A stretch of DNA of 64,000 bases from Myxococcota bacterium. GTDB taxonomy: Bacteria; Myxococcota_A; SURF-8. This document shows positions 20,480 to 30,744 of the stretch, one piece after another. The notes under the pieces were generated by a model. The model was not told the origin of the DNA. It saw nothing but the letters and a program-made list of their open reading frames with translations, and ran no database searches. The translations under genes and the position numbers were made by a program. Each line of letters opens with the position of its first letter. The stretch's first letter is position 1. The DNA lies in NCBI GenBank assembly GCA_965140415.1, contig OZ223209.1, forward strand, positions 416,001 to 480,000. The letters run 5' to 3'.

Positions 20480-23400
20480 GGGCGTTTCTTCCGACTATGA
20501 ACCTGGTGCGCAAAGGCTTCCAGACGATTGATGTTATGGGTGGACTGCAACCCCTCATACACCAGCGTACACATCGACAGATCCGGCATCTGCTGCCGGA
20601 TGGAAGGCGTCAGCGCCGCCGTGACGGTGCCGAGCATGCAGTTGTGACACATGGTGTTGATTACCCCGGAAGCTCCGGCCTGCTCGAATTCCTCGATGCG
20701 GCTCAGATTCAATGAAAGGGCTTTATCGATCCAGAAGCTGGTGTGACGGCTGGCAGCGTTGTACACTTGCGGAAACTGGCGCTCCTGCGGCGTGCGGATC
20801 GAATCTGGGAAATAGCGATCCACCAGAGAGCGCAGCCAGAATAGCGCCGGGATCAAAGCGCGTGCGCCGTTTCCGGACACGCTGCGGCTCTGTCGCAACA
20901 ATTCCCGATGCAACTGCTCCATACCTAAAAACGCCACATCGACCAGCGAACAACTGGTCCAGACTTCAAATCCCAGTTCGTCCAGGCGGTCGTACAGGTG
21001 GTTGTTGGCGTGTTCGTTGATGCGCGTGTACACGTCGCCCACAATGCCGATGCGGGGGCGCTGGCCGTTGTGATCGCGTAATTTCACGGCTTGAAACGCC
21101 CGCACGGATTCTTTTAACGACGCCCAGAAACGACCGCCGGCCAGACCGTCCTCGATGCGTTTCAGGTTCTCCTGGTGCACCCGTTGCAACTCGCCGGGAG
21201 TCTGTTCGTAAGGTTCGTTTTCCACTTTCCACTTGTAGAGTCGGTCGATGGCGTACAGCCCCAATGTCAGGCGGATAATATAGGGATGACCCAGCCCGCT
21301 CATGGTGGGAGGATCGGCGATGTTCATCAGCGTCACGCCCTGTAAACCGTTGCGATCCAGAATCAGACGCAGCATCAGCAGGTATTGCGGCAGCAGGCAG
21401 GGACCGAAATAACTGGGTGTGTAGTAGCTGGCACCGTTCAAATCGAAATCCGGCTGTGCCGCGGCTTTAAGCAGATCTCCCACGAAAGAGATAAAGGGGT
21501 GGCATTCGCGCCCGTAGGCATGTCGCAGGCCCAGTTGCCAGCTCTCGTCATCGGTTGGCGGCAACAGCACCGCCTTGCAGTTGGAAGCGCGCAACGCGCC
21601 GATGAAAGCGTGGGCGTGATCGCTGAAATGCGGCACGTAATAGGTGTACTGTTGCAGCGGGCGGTCGGCGTGGCAGGGTTCCGGCCCCAGTTCCAGTTGC
21701 GTGCGTTTACCCGGATTGTTGCGCAGGGTATGCGCGAAAGCCTCCAGTCGCGTCACCAGCCCGGCTTCGGCCTGATGCTCGTCGAATTCCAGCACGATGT
21801 GCGGCGTGTCGAACAGTTCGTGTTCCAGATACTGATCGACAAAGGCATCCGGTCCGCAGCCGAAGTTGGTGACCAGCACGGCGGAAAGGCGCGGATTGCG
21901 TTTGAGAACGCGCGCGGTCTTGATGGCCTGGCGTCCGTAGATCCAGCGCACGCGATGCCAGAAACCGGGTAGCTGCTCCTCGGCCAGCGGCAGAAAATCA
22001 TTGGGAATCGGTTCGATACCCAAACTCTGCAATCGTCTGGCCAGATTCAAATTGACGTAGCGATCCGTCGTGTTGTAGGGACGCCCGATCAGCACTGCAC
22101 CAAGTCCGTTTTCCGAGTCCAGCCGCTTCAGCAAAGCCTCTCCGGCTTTCAGGCAGGCGTCTTCGAAGCTGCGCTGTTCATGAACCGCCGCCTTATAGGC
22201 GCGCTCGATGTCCTTGCGGTCAGCCTGTAATGTGTTGGCCGCGCGTTTTTTCCAGTATTTCAATTCCTGTTCGAAAGGCGTTTCCAAGGAAAGCACGTCC
22301 ATTCCGGTCGTAGCGGCGATGACCGAAGGCGCGGCCTGGGTGTAGGCACAGGCGTAACGCAGGTGCTCGTCGCCCGGCGGCGTGGCCAGCCGCAAGTGCG
22401 GAATGAAAATCTGATCGACGTTCTTCTCGCGCAGGCGCTGTACCTGCCCGAATAAAACCTTGATCGGATAGCAGAATTCCGCAGGAACGTGTGTCAGGCC
22501 CCATTCCACGCTTTCACGATTGCTTGCGCCGCTGCACACGACACCGTATCCCAACTCGGAAAAGAAGGTGGACCAGAAGGGCAGATGCTCGGTCATGCTC
22601 AGCGCAAAGGGGAAGCCGATCGTGCCGCGCGGGCCTTGTGCCGCGTGGCGGCTATGGGTTTCGAACAGCAGACGTTCGCGCGTGGCGAAGGCGTCCTGTG
22701 CGGGCAGGGGCTTGTCGCTACCGTTTTCGTAGCGACCGCAGACACTGCCGAAGCTGGCCTGCCGTCCGCCGGGGAAGCTGACTTTCTGTACCTCACATAG
22801 ATTTTCACAACCGCGACAGGTAAAGCTGGTGATCTGCGAGGGTTCGACAAGTTGCGCGAAACTCCATGCAGCCTCACGAGGTTTCGTTTCGTAGCGTTCA
22901 CGCGCCACGAGCGCCGCACCCAACGCCCCTGAAATTTCCGGATGCGGATGCGCCTTGACGCTGCGGCCTAAAAGTTTTTCGAAAACCGCATGTACCGCCC
23001 GGTTTTTTGCAACGCCGCCCTGAAACAGAATCCGTTCACCCAGCGGACGCGAACCGACGACCTTTTCCAGGAAATTTTCCCCGATGGCGTAAGCCAGCCC
23101 GGCGCACAGATCCGGCTTGCTCGCTCCCCGTTGCAGATGATGCACCAGATCCGAATCCATAAAGACCGTGCAACGGCTGCCCAGTCGCACCGGTTCATCC
23201 GATTCGAAGGCCAAACGGGCGAAATCCTTTTTGATGTCCACTTTCAGCCGCCCGGCCTGCTCCTCCAAAAAGGCTCCGGTTCCAGCAGCACAGGCGCGAT
23301 TCATCTGAAAGCGCGACACCTGCCCGTTCGACAGATGGATATACTTGGAGTCCTGGCCGCCGATTTCGATAATGGTGTCCGTTTCGGGGGCGAATTGCGC

Positions 23401-24630
23401 CGCCGAACGCGCCTGGGCGCTGATTTCATCCAGGGCCAGATCGGCGTCGATCAGTTCCCGCGCCAGATGCCGCCCGCTGCCGGTCGTCGCCAACGCGCGA
23501 ATGTCCAGTTTGTCGGGCAGTTGCGCTTCGATCTGCGCCATGGCCTTGGCCACCGCCTGCACCGGACGTCCTGCCGTGGGCAGATAGCAGGAGGCGATCA
23601 GTTTACCGTTTGGATCGATGACCGCCGCCTTGGTGCTCACCGAGCCGACATCCACACCCAGAAAGCCGAAAGTCGAAACCGAGGTTGCGGCAGGTTCGCT
23701 TTCCTTTTCGATTGAAGGCTCTTTCAGCGGCGCGCGGGCTTCCATGTCTTCCTTGTGGTTTGCCTGCGCTTGTTCCAGGGCTGTGTGCAACTGCGAGAGG
23801 CACACCGGTTCGGCGCAAGGCTGCTCCCTGGCGATCAGGGCCGCACCCAATGCACCCATCACAAGGTAAGGCTCCGGGCGGATGAAGTCACGCTCGGATA
23901 AACCTAAAAGCTGCTGAAACGCGCGCTGCACTCCATTGTTAGCCGCCACACCGCCTTGAAACAACACCGGCGCTGCGGGTGGTTTCCCGTGGCAGAGACT
24001 CACCAGGTAATTTCTGGCCAGCGCAAAGCACAAACCGCTGGTAATTTCTTCCGTCGGCGTCGCGCGTTGTTGCAGATGGATCATGTCGGTTTTGGCAAAC
24101 ACCGAACAGCGCCCGGCGACGCGCGCAGCCCGTTCGGTCTTGGCAGCCAGTTCGCCGAAAGTTACGATATCCAGACCCAATCGCTCCGCCTGCTGATCCA
24201 GAAACGCTCCCGTTCCGGCTGCGCACAGTTCGTTGAAGGCGTGGTCTTCGATGACCGGACCGCCTTCGCGTTGCTCGATCTGAATGAATTTGGAATCCTG
24301 TCCGCCGATTTCAATTATGCTCTTGACCTCGGGATGCAAGGTCCAGGCGGCGGTGGCGTGCGCCACGATTTCATTGACGGCGCCGGCTTGCAGCGCTTCT
24401 TTGAGCAGGCTTTTTCCCGACCCGGTCACGACACAACCGGACAGGCTCGGATCGTCCAACTCGCGTTGCAGATCCTGCAACAGTTCAAGCGCCGCTTGCA
24501 GCGGATGCCCTTGCGTACGGCGATAATGTTGGGCGAGAATCCTGTTGTGTTCGTCCAACACAACGGCTTTGATACTGACGGACCCCAGATCGAGCCCCAA
24601 CCACAACGATGCAGAATACTCAGAAGACAT
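20476..24630 (-). CDS. 2-hydroxyacyl-CoA dehydratase activase-type multidomain protein (2x BadF/BcrA ATPase + DUF2229-like)
   Basis: Two GxDxGSVS / EIGGQDSK / CAAGTGAFL repeats, CRGCENLC, CYPIK, NFGCGPD, TRLEAF; start ATG 24630. Confidence 0.9.
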   Translation of the reverse strand: MSSEYSASLWLGLDLGSVSIKAVVLDEHNRILAQHYRRTQGHPLQAALELLQDLQRELDDPSLSGCVVTGSGKSLLKEALQAGAVNEIVAHATAAWTLHPEVKSIIEIGGQDSKFIQIEQREGGPVIEDHAFNELCAAGTGAFLDQQAERLGLDIVTFGELAAKTERAARVAGRCSVFAKTDMIHLQQRATPTEEITSGLCFALARNYLVSLCHGKPPAAPVLFQGGVAANNGVQRAFQQLLGLSERDFIRPEPYLVMGALGAALIAREQPCAEPVCLSQLHTALEQAQANHKEDMEARAPLKEPSIEKESEPAATSVSTFGFLGVDVGSVSTKAAVIDPNGKLIASCYLPTAGRPVQAVAKAMAQIEAQLPDKLDIRALATTGSGRHLARELIDADLALDEISAQARSAAQFAPETDTIIEIGGQDSKYIHLSNGQVSRFQMNRACAAGTGAFLEEQAGRLKVDIKKDFARLAFESDEPVRLGSRCTVFMDSDLVHHLQRGASKPDLCAGLAYAIGENFLEKVVGSRPLGERILFQGGVAKNRAVHAVFEKLLGRSVKAHPHPEISGALGAALVARERYETKPREAAWSFAQLVEPSQITSFTCRGCENLCEVQKVSFPGGRQASFGSVCGRYENGSDKPLPAQDAFATRERLLFETHSRHAAQGPRGTIGFPFALSMTEHLPFWSTFFSELGYGVVCSGASNRESVEWGLTHVPAEFCYPIKVLFGQVQRLREKNVDQIFIPHLRLATPPGDEHLRYACAYTQAAPSVIAATTGMDVLSLETPFEQELKYWKKRAANTLQADRKDIERAYKAAVHEQRSFEDACLKAGEALLKRLDSENGLGAVLIGRPYNTTDRYVNLNLARRLQSLGIEPIPNDFLPLAEEQLPGFWHRVRWIYGRQAIKTARVLKRNPRLSAVLVTNFGCGPDAFVDQYLEHELFDTPHIVLEFDEHQAEAGLVTRLEAFAHTLRNNPGKRTQLELGPEPCHADRPLQQYTYYVPHFSDHAHAFIGALRASNCKAVLLPPTDDESWQLGLRHAYGRECHPFISFVGDLLKAAAQPDFDLNGASYYTPSYFGPCLLPQYLLMLRLILDRNGLQGVTLMNIADPPTMSGLGHPYIIRLTLGLYAIDRLYKWKVENEPYEQTPGELQRVHQENLKRIEDGLAGGRFWASLKESVRAFQAVKLRDHNGQRPRIGIVGDVYTRINEHANNHLYDRLDELGFEVWTSCSLVDVAFLGMEQLHRELLRQSRSVSGNGARALIPALFWLRSLVDRYFPDSIRTPQERQFPQVYNAASRHTSFWIDKALSLNLSRIEEFEQAGASGVINTMCHNCMLGTVTAALTPSIRQQMPDLSMCTLVYEGLQSTHNINRLEAFAHQVHSRKKRP

Positions 24631-24756
24631 ACCAGCGTCATCCTTTCCGCAAGAAAAAGAAAACGTAGCATTGGAGGTTATTGCGTCGATGCGGATTCCC
24701 GCCGCCCCGGTATGATCCAAGGGCGGCGAAAACCGACGCAGGATTAGAAGCGTTCC

Positions 24757-26154
24757 TTAATCTTCGGGCAGCACCAACAACTTGTTGCCCTCGTCGATGG
24801 CCCAGCATTTGCCGTCGCCGCGCGCGGCGCGTTCGGCTACCCAGGCCGCCGGATCGGCAACCGGCTGGAAACCGCCGGGCAGGATCTTTTCATCGGGCAA
24901 GGTGCAGTGCAGATAGAGCTTGACCTTCTGCTCCAACTGCAATTTCAGCACTCGGTCCGTTTTCCATAGGTAAAGCTGGAAATTCTTTTCGACCCATTCG
25001 TTCCATTCAGACAGCGGACGCGGCAGCCATTTGACCAGGTTGTCCCAGAACAGCTTTTTGGCTTTCAGATCGGGAGCCAGGCCGCTGACTTCCTCCGTCA
25101 GGTCCGGGCGTCCCAGGCAGGGAGCCAGGATCAGGGCTTCTCCGCCATTCTGGATGGCGAACTTCAACGCAATATCAAAGCAGTTCTGCACGCCGTACAA
25201 TGCGTTACAGGCGGGCGGTCCACCAGGAGAGATCACCACGTACTTGGCGCGTGGCAAAACGTTGGCGGCCAGTTCGTCGGCGGCTGTAGTCATGTGGCGA
25301 CAGACGGTGTCGGCGTCGCCCGCTTCCAGCCAGTCGATGCTCTTGGTGGTGCTGATCATATCGAGCAGGAAAACCGGCAACGGGGCGACCTTCTTCAATT
25401 CGCCGTTTTCGATGATGTGCTGCTCGCCGATCAAGCGCACCAGGCGATTGTCGTAGGAAAAGGGATTTTCCCGGCGCGTTTCATCTTCGTGGTAATAGAT
25501 GCGCCCGGCTCCGGCCAGTTGATGCTGCAAGGCCTGCTTGTGGGTGGCGGCAATGGTGCGGCGCGAAGCCAGTCCCGGCGAGATCTGCTTGTCCACCACG
25601 CTGAAGCCGTTCATGTAATGATGCTTCGATTCGTGGCCGTACACGCGCACTTCGGTTTTGAGCCATTCATCCCACAATTCGGCGGGAGAACCCAAATCGG
25701 TGTCACCCAGATAGCTGTGTTCTCCGCTGTCGCAGTTGTTGGCCAGCACCCGGTAATTTTTCAATCCCATCTGCTTGGCCATGGCGTCGATGGACGGGAT
25801 GAAATTCTTGCCATAGATGCCCGCATCGTGCGAACCGGTCGCCAGGAAAATGTCGATGGACTTGGGCTTTCCGCTCTGAATCTCCAACAACATGCGTTCA
25901 GCGATCAGTTCCTGTAACCCGGCGCGGAATTCGTCGGAAATAACCAGTCCAACACGTTTGTCCGCTACCATGTCTTTCAGTCGCGGCGAGCCGGTCGGGT
26001 TGGCCAGTGCTTCGTCGATCTTGACGGTCATTTGATCGCGGTTCAGGATGTTCTGGCTGGGTTTGGGCTGTACCAGATCGCCCATCAGGAAATCTTCGGG
26101 AAAGGGTACCTCAAGAGTCTTTTCACCATACGTGAAAGATAGCGTCTTGCTCAT
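24757..26154 (-). CDS. Lactate racemase (LarA/DUF2088) domain protein
   Basis: ALANPTGSPRL, FLATGSH, HHYMNGFSVVDKQISPGLAS (cf. LarA HFFAGFSGGRKSILPG), SPGGPP; start ATG 26154. Confidence 0.75.
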   Translation of the reverse strand: MSKTLSFTYGEKTLEVPFPEDFLMGDLVQPKPSQNILNRDQMTVKIDEALANPTGSPRLKDMVADKRVGLVISDEFRAGLQELIAERMLLEIQSGKPKSIDIFLATGSHDAGIYGKNFIPSIDAMAKQMGLKNYRVLANNCDSGEHSYLGDTDLGSPAELWDEWLKTEVRVYGHESKHHYMNGFSVVDKQISPGLASRRTIAATHKQALQHQLAGAGRIYYHEDETRRENPFSYDNRLVRLIGEQHIIENGELKKVAPLPVFLLDMISTTKSIDWLEAGDADTVCRHMTTAADELAANVLPRAKYVVISPGGPPACNALYGVQNCFDIALKFAIQNGGEALILAPCLGRPDLTEEVSGLAPDLKAKKLFWDNLVKWLPRPLSEWNEWVEKNFQLYLWKTDRVLKLQLEQKVKLYLHCTLPDEKILPGGFQPVADPAAWVAERAARGDGKCWAIDEGNKLLVLPED

Positions 26155-26491
26155 TGCTCTGCTCCGAATAAAGGTTGAATGGCAATTGCAGATATTACAC
26201 CTTGTGTAAGATGTAGCAGCTAGCCACGATGGCGTCAAGGAAGAATGTACACGCAAGAGGGCAATTCTTTGGATTTATTGCGACCTGAAACAGCCTGACT
26301 GTATTGCAGGAATATACACATTCGCTCTCATGAAAGACAATTGGGGAGAATTTGCGAAGTTGGTGCGGAAATCATGAATAAAAGCGGCAAAAAAATGCTT
26401 GCCGACCGTTGAAATGCTTGACAAACCGAAACAAACCTTGTAATAGACAATCCTCCATGGCAAACGGTCATGGACAACATAGCGGAGTTGG

Positions 26492-26567
26492 AGGCTTGTA
26501 GCTCAATTGGCAGAGCAGCGGACTCTTAATCCGAAGGTTGAGGGTTCGATTCCCTCCAGGCCTACCA
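26492..26567 (+). tRNA. tRNA-Lys (anticodon CTT)
   Basis: Acceptor AGGCTTG/CAGGCCT, anticodon loop CT-CTT-AA, GGTTCGATTCC T-arm, CCA end. Confidence 0.96.
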
Positions 26568-26615
26568 GATTCGGCTGCCGCCCCACGGGGCGGCAGTCGC
26601 GTATGGACCAACAGG

Positions 26616-26700
26616 GCGAGAATGGCGGAATTGGCAGACGCGCTGGACTTAGGATCCAGTGGGGTGACCCGTGTGGGTTCGAGTCCCACTTCTCGCACCA
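26616..26700 (+). tRNA. tRNA-Leu (anticodon TAG)
   Basis: Acceptor GCGAGAA/TTCTCGC, CTGGA-CT-TAG-GA-TCCAG, long variable arm, GGTTCGAGTCC, CCA. Confidence 0.96.
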
Positions 26701-26746
26701 TTATCGTATAGGGTTTTATAAACCCGCAAAAGCAAATGAGGTCGTC

Positions 26747-28147
26747 GTGTCGGAATTCCAGATTGATATCACCGAAATCAGTGAAGTCGAACGTGATGTG
26801 CGTGTCATCGTGCCGCAAGCGTTCATCGATCAGCGTTACGAAAGCCTGTTGGACGAATTGGCCGACGGCGCTCAGGTAAAGGGATTCCGCAAAGGCAAGG
26901 TGCCACGCAAGGTCGTTGCCAAGATGTACAACAAGCGCATCTTGCAGGACATCGAGCAGGAAGTGGTGCAGGAAGGGTATCGTCAGGCGATCGAAGACAA
27001 CAAAATGCCTGCCGTAGCGCTGCCTTCCTTCAAGCGCGAAGATCTGAAAAAAGGGACGGACTACAGCTTCTCCTTTATGGTGGAAGTTCGCCCCGAAATT
27101 AAAGAAGTCATTTTCGAAGGCGTGGAAGTCGAGCGCGAGCGTGTCGAAGTCAGCGATGAGCGACTCGATCAGGAACTGGAGCGTCGCCGCCAGGATAAGG
27201 CCAGCATGAAATCGATCGAAGGCCGCGACGTCACCGAAGACGGCGACTGGGTTTCGATGGACTATGAAGCCTTTAAAGACGGTGAAGCCATGCCGGGCAG
27301 CAAAAAGGAAAAAGATGTGCTGCAACTGGGCGGCAACCAGTTGATCCCCGGTTTCGAGCAGAACGTGATCGGCAAGAAAATCGGTGAGGAATTCGAATTT
27401 ACCCTGCCTTTCCCGGAAGACTTCCGCGTTCCCGAACTGGCGGGCACCGAGCTTTCCTTTCAGGCCACCGTGCATGAAATCATGGAACGCATCGTGCCGG
27501 AACTGGACGATGAATTCGCCAAGGACATGGGCGACTACGACGATTTAAACCAGTATCGCATTGCGGTGCGGGAAGAACTGGAAAAGAACGAAGAAGAGCG
27601 TGTCACACGTGCTTTCCATAACGAACTGTGGAAAAAACTAAGTGAAACCAATAAAATGGCTCTTCCTCCGAGCCTCGTGAAAGAGGAAGCCGAGAATCTG
27701 TTCAACAGCAATCTGCAACAGATGGTGCAACAGGGACTCGATCCGAAGGTGTTGGGCCTGGACGAATCCATCATGCGCGAGCGTGCCAAAGAGGAAGCTG
27801 AATTCAATCTGATCAGCGCCATTTTGCAGGAAAAACTGGCGGCTGACATGGGTGTAACCGTCAGTGACGAAGAGGTGGACGAGCACCTGGCCGAAATGGC
27901 CGCGCGTTTCGGTTTGCCGGTTGAACAGTTGAAAGCCTATTATTCGGCCAACGAAAACCTGGAAGGCATCCGCTTCGGTCTGCGTCAAACGCGCCTGGCT
28001 GAAATGCTGACGGACAAGGTCAACGTCGTTGAAGTCGATCCCAAGCCGATGAATGTTCCCGGTGCCATCACCCCGGCCAATGCCGAAGAAAAAGCATCCG
28101 CAGAAACCGAGGCTGAAGAGACGAACGAAACCAAGAGCGAGGAATAA
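26747..28147 (+). CDS. tig: Trigger factor
   Basis: GFRKGKVP, LIPGFEQ FKBP domain; start GTG 26747 after GAGG (ORF track extends through the tRNAs). Confidence 0.96.
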   Translation: MSEFQIDITEISEVERDVRVIVPQAFIDQRYESLLDELADGAQVKGFRKGKVPRKVVAKMYNKRILQDIEQEVVQEGYRQAIEDNKMPAVALPSFKREDLKKGTDYSFSFMVEVRPEIKEVIFEGVEVERERVEVSDERLDQELERRRQDKASMKSIEGRDVTEDGDWVSMDYEAFKDGEAMPGSKKEKDVLQLGGNQLIPGFEQNVIGKKIGEEFEFTLPFPEDFRVPELAGTELSFQATVHEIMERIVPELDDEFAKDMGDYDDLNQYRIAVREELEKNEEERVTRAFHNELWKKLSETNKMALPPSLVKEEAENLFNSNLQQMVQQGLDPKVLGLDESIMRERAKEEAEFNLISAILQEKLAADMGVTVSDEEVDEHLAEMAARFGLPVEQLKAYYSANENLEGIRFGLRQTRLAEMLTDKVNVVEVDPKPMNVPGAITPANAEEKASAETEAEETNETKSEE

Positions 28148-28189
28148 AACTCGCCGCCACCATAAAGGTGGTTGATCGGGAGGAACGCC

Positions 28190-28870
28190 ATGCTACCTAT
28201 GAGATTGATTTCGAAAGGTAAAACCGCCGCTTCTCTCAGCTTGATCGTCACCCTGTGCCTGCTTCTCTGCCTGCTCTCCGCCTGCGGCGATGACGACAAC
28301 GGCGATGTCGCTGCCGATGGCGATTTCGATGGTGATGGCGAGCAGAATGCCACCTTGACCCCGCCCGATTGCGACATGCGCCGCAGCCTGACCAATGCCG
28401 ACGTGCCGGTGGAATGCCTGGCCTGGTGTAACAAGGTTGAATTGGTCGGTGGCTTGGATACCACATCGGAAGACTGCCTGCGCGACTGCCGCGCGATGAC
28501 CTACGAGCTTTTACCCGACAGCATGTTGCGCATCGAAAACTGCATCGTCGTTACCAGCAAGCAATCCTTCGAAGACGCCCAGGACCGGGGTGATCTGTCC
28601 GCCAACCTGCAACAATATTGCATGGCGCTGGAAGTGAGCAATTTGCCGTTACCGCCCGAGCGGCAGGACGTCTGCGAAGACTTATACGAAACCATGACCG
28701 CCTGCAACGATGACACCGCCTCGATTCACCGCATCAGTTGCCTGGAAAAACAGGCTCCGCTGATGACCGAAGATGCCTTTATGCGCTACAGCTATTGTGC
28801 TGAAAAAGCCTGTGAAAGCAACTGGGTGGACTGCTTGCAGGAGCAGGTCTGTTATTTCTTCAATGATTAA
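28190..28870 (+). CDS. Cys-rich lipoprotein with short DGD repeat
   Basis: RBS GGAGG, lipobox LLSAC, GDVAADGDFDGDG, many Cys. Confidence 0.8.
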   Translation: MLPMRLISKGKTAASLSLIVTLCLLLCLLSACGDDDNGDVAADGDFDGDGEQNATLTPPDCDMRRSLTNADVPVECLAWCNKVELVGGLDTTSEDCLRDCRAMTYELLPDSMLRIENCIVVTSKQSFEDAQDRGDLSANLQQYCMALEVSNLPLPPERQDVCEDLYETMTACNDDTASIHRISCLEKQAPLMTEDAFMRYSYCAEKACESNWVDCLQEQVCYFFND

Positions 28871-29063
28871 GCTCTTTTCCCAGCGCCTCATCGCACGGGT
28901 TCTACACGAACCGGGTACCGAAAAGAAAACTGTTTCCAGTCAAGATACAGCATGCGAAACCGGCAAGCGCCTGTTGCCGGACGCCCCCATTCGCCTGCAC
29001 TTTTCTCTCTGTTTCGAAGCCGCCTGTCCTGAAGAGGATGACCACCAGGAGCCGCAGTCATGA
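28863..29063 (+). CDS. Small hypothetical protein (66 aa)
   Basis: Fills the gap exactly; overlaps the upstream stop (ATGATTAA) and the mnmE start (ATGA). Confidence 0.45.
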   Translation: MIKLFSQRLIARVLHEPGTEKKTVSSQDTACETGKRLLPDAPIRLHFSLCFEAACPEEDDHQEPQS

Positions 29064-30442
29064 CGATGCTATTGGATGATACCATCGCCGCCATCGCCAC
29101 CCCGCACGGGGCGGGAGGCATCGGCGTCATTCGACTGTCGGGTCCGAAAGCGTTTGATATTCCCAAACAATTGTTCGAAACTCCCCAAACGGAACAGCTG
29201 ACACCGCGCTGTATGCAACTGGGATACTGGCTTAAAGAAGTAAACGGTGAGCGGCTCGATCAGGTGCTGGTTGTCCATTTCGTGGGGCCTCATTCCTATA
29301 CCGGTGAAAATGTGGTGGAAATTCAAGCCCATGGCGGACGCTTGAACCTGGAGCAGATCCTCGATTCCGTCCTGAAACTGGGTATCCGTCCGGCCAGGCC
29401 CGGAGAATTCACCCTGCGTGCTTTTTTGCATGGGCGCGTGGATCTGACGCGCGCCGAGGCCGTACAGGAACTGATCGGTTCCCAAACCGAGGCCGCCCTG
29501 CGCGCCAGCCGACGGCACCTACAAGGCGATATCGCCCACTTATGCGGGCAGGTGCGCGAGCAACTGGTTGAAATTCTTGCACATATCGAAGCGCTGATCG
29601 ATTTCCCGGACGAGGAACTACCCGCCGATGCGGGGGATGAATACGAGCGGATTTTGCAGCAGGTAACGGAAACGCTGACAAACGCGGCGAACAGCTATGC
29701 TCGTGGGCGTTTGCTGCATGAGGGCGCGGAAACGATGATCGTGGGGCGCGTCAATGTCGGCAAAAGTTCCTTATTGAACCGTTTGCTGCGCACCGAGCGC
29801 GCCATCGTAACCGATACGCCCGGTACGACGCGCGATTTGATCGAGGCGACGGTGGATCTGGGTGGGGTGCCGCTGCGTTTCATCGATTCGGCGGGTTTGC
29901 GGGAAGGCAAGGACGACGTAGAGCGCATCGGCATTGAACGCGCCTGGCAGCGGCTGGAAAACACGGATTTCGTGTTGTGGGTGCTGGATCAGTCGCGTAG
30001 CTTGCACGAAGAGGAGTTGCAGCTTGCGCAACGTCTGAGCGGGCATCGCGGCGTGTTGGTTATCAACAAATGCGATTTACCCGGTAAGTTGGATCACGAG
30101 AAGTTGTCTGCTTTCGTACCCGATTGGCCGCGCGTGCGCTTAAGTGCGAAGACCGGTGAGAACATTGAAGAACTTGAGCGTTCCATTCAGGTTTTACTCG
30201 CCGATGGCGATGAGACCACTGATGAAATCGTGCTGACTTCCGCGCGTCATGCCCAGGCCTTCCGGCTTAGCGTAGAGGCTTTGCAACGCGCTCGCACGGG
30301 ATTGAGTGGTGAGATACTGCCGCCGGAATTGATCGCCGCCGATCTGCGCGAGGCGCTGGATACCCTGGCCGAGGTTGTCGGCCTCACCACCCCCGAGGAA
30401 GTGCTGCAACGCATTTTCTCGACCTTCTGTATCGGAAAATAG
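29060..30442 (+). CDS. mnmE: tRNA modification GTPase MnmE
   Basis: DTIAAIAT, SYTGENVVE, PGEFTLRAF, NVGKSSLLN, PGTTRD, FCIGK C-terminus. Confidence 0.97.
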   Translation: MTMLLDDTIAAIATPHGAGGIGVIRLSGPKAFDIPKQLFETPQTEQLTPRCMQLGYWLKEVNGERLDQVLVVHFVGPHSYTGENVVEIQAHGGRLNLEQILDSVLKLGIRPARPGEFTLRAFLHGRVDLTRAEAVQELIGSQTEAALRASRRHLQGDIAHLCGQVREQLVEILAHIEALIDFPDEELPADAGDEYERILQQVTETLTNAANSYARGRLLHEGAETMIVGRVNVGKSSLLNRLLRTERAIVTDTPGTTRDLIEATVDLGGVPLRFIDSAGLREGKDDVERIGIERAWQRLENTDFVLWVLDQSRSLHEEELQLAQRLSGHRGVLVINKCDLPGKLDHEKLSAFVPDWPRVRLSAKTGENIEELERSIQVLLADGDETTDEIVLTSARHAQAFRLSVEALQRARTGLSGEILPPELIAADLREALDTLAEVVGLTTPEEVLQRIFSTFCIGK

Positions 30443-30744
30443 CAGGCGCTACAATTCATTTTCAGAAATAGGTCAGGAGATTTCACCCGACATGGCATGA
30501 AATTATCGGATCATATGACCTGAGTTCCTGCTTTGACGGGAATGACAAAACAAATACAGACAACATCTTAAAAACGCCCTGTACGAAGTAATTGCAGACT
30601 TGATCTTCAGCTTTGCTTCCGTTACAATCCCAGCCGCAACAAGGTCGAGCGACTCCCCAGCGTATCCCGTTCAGCTTGTTATGGAGCCGTAGGAACCGAA
30701 CACTGTCCCGTTGCCGTAGATCCACTATCCGGGGAGAATAGACA

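Noticed and set aside
26418-26446. Promoter for the tRNA-tig operon
   Set aside because: TTGACA is present but the -10 is ambiguous (TAATAG at 17 bp, TGTAAT at 15 bp); plausible but not listed
26492-26700. tRNA integration site or genomic island boundary
   Set aside because: No integrase and no duplicated tRNA 3' end noticed in the window
26507-26746. N-terminal extension of trigger factor
   Set aside because: Overlaps two tRNA genes; GTG 26747 has an RBS
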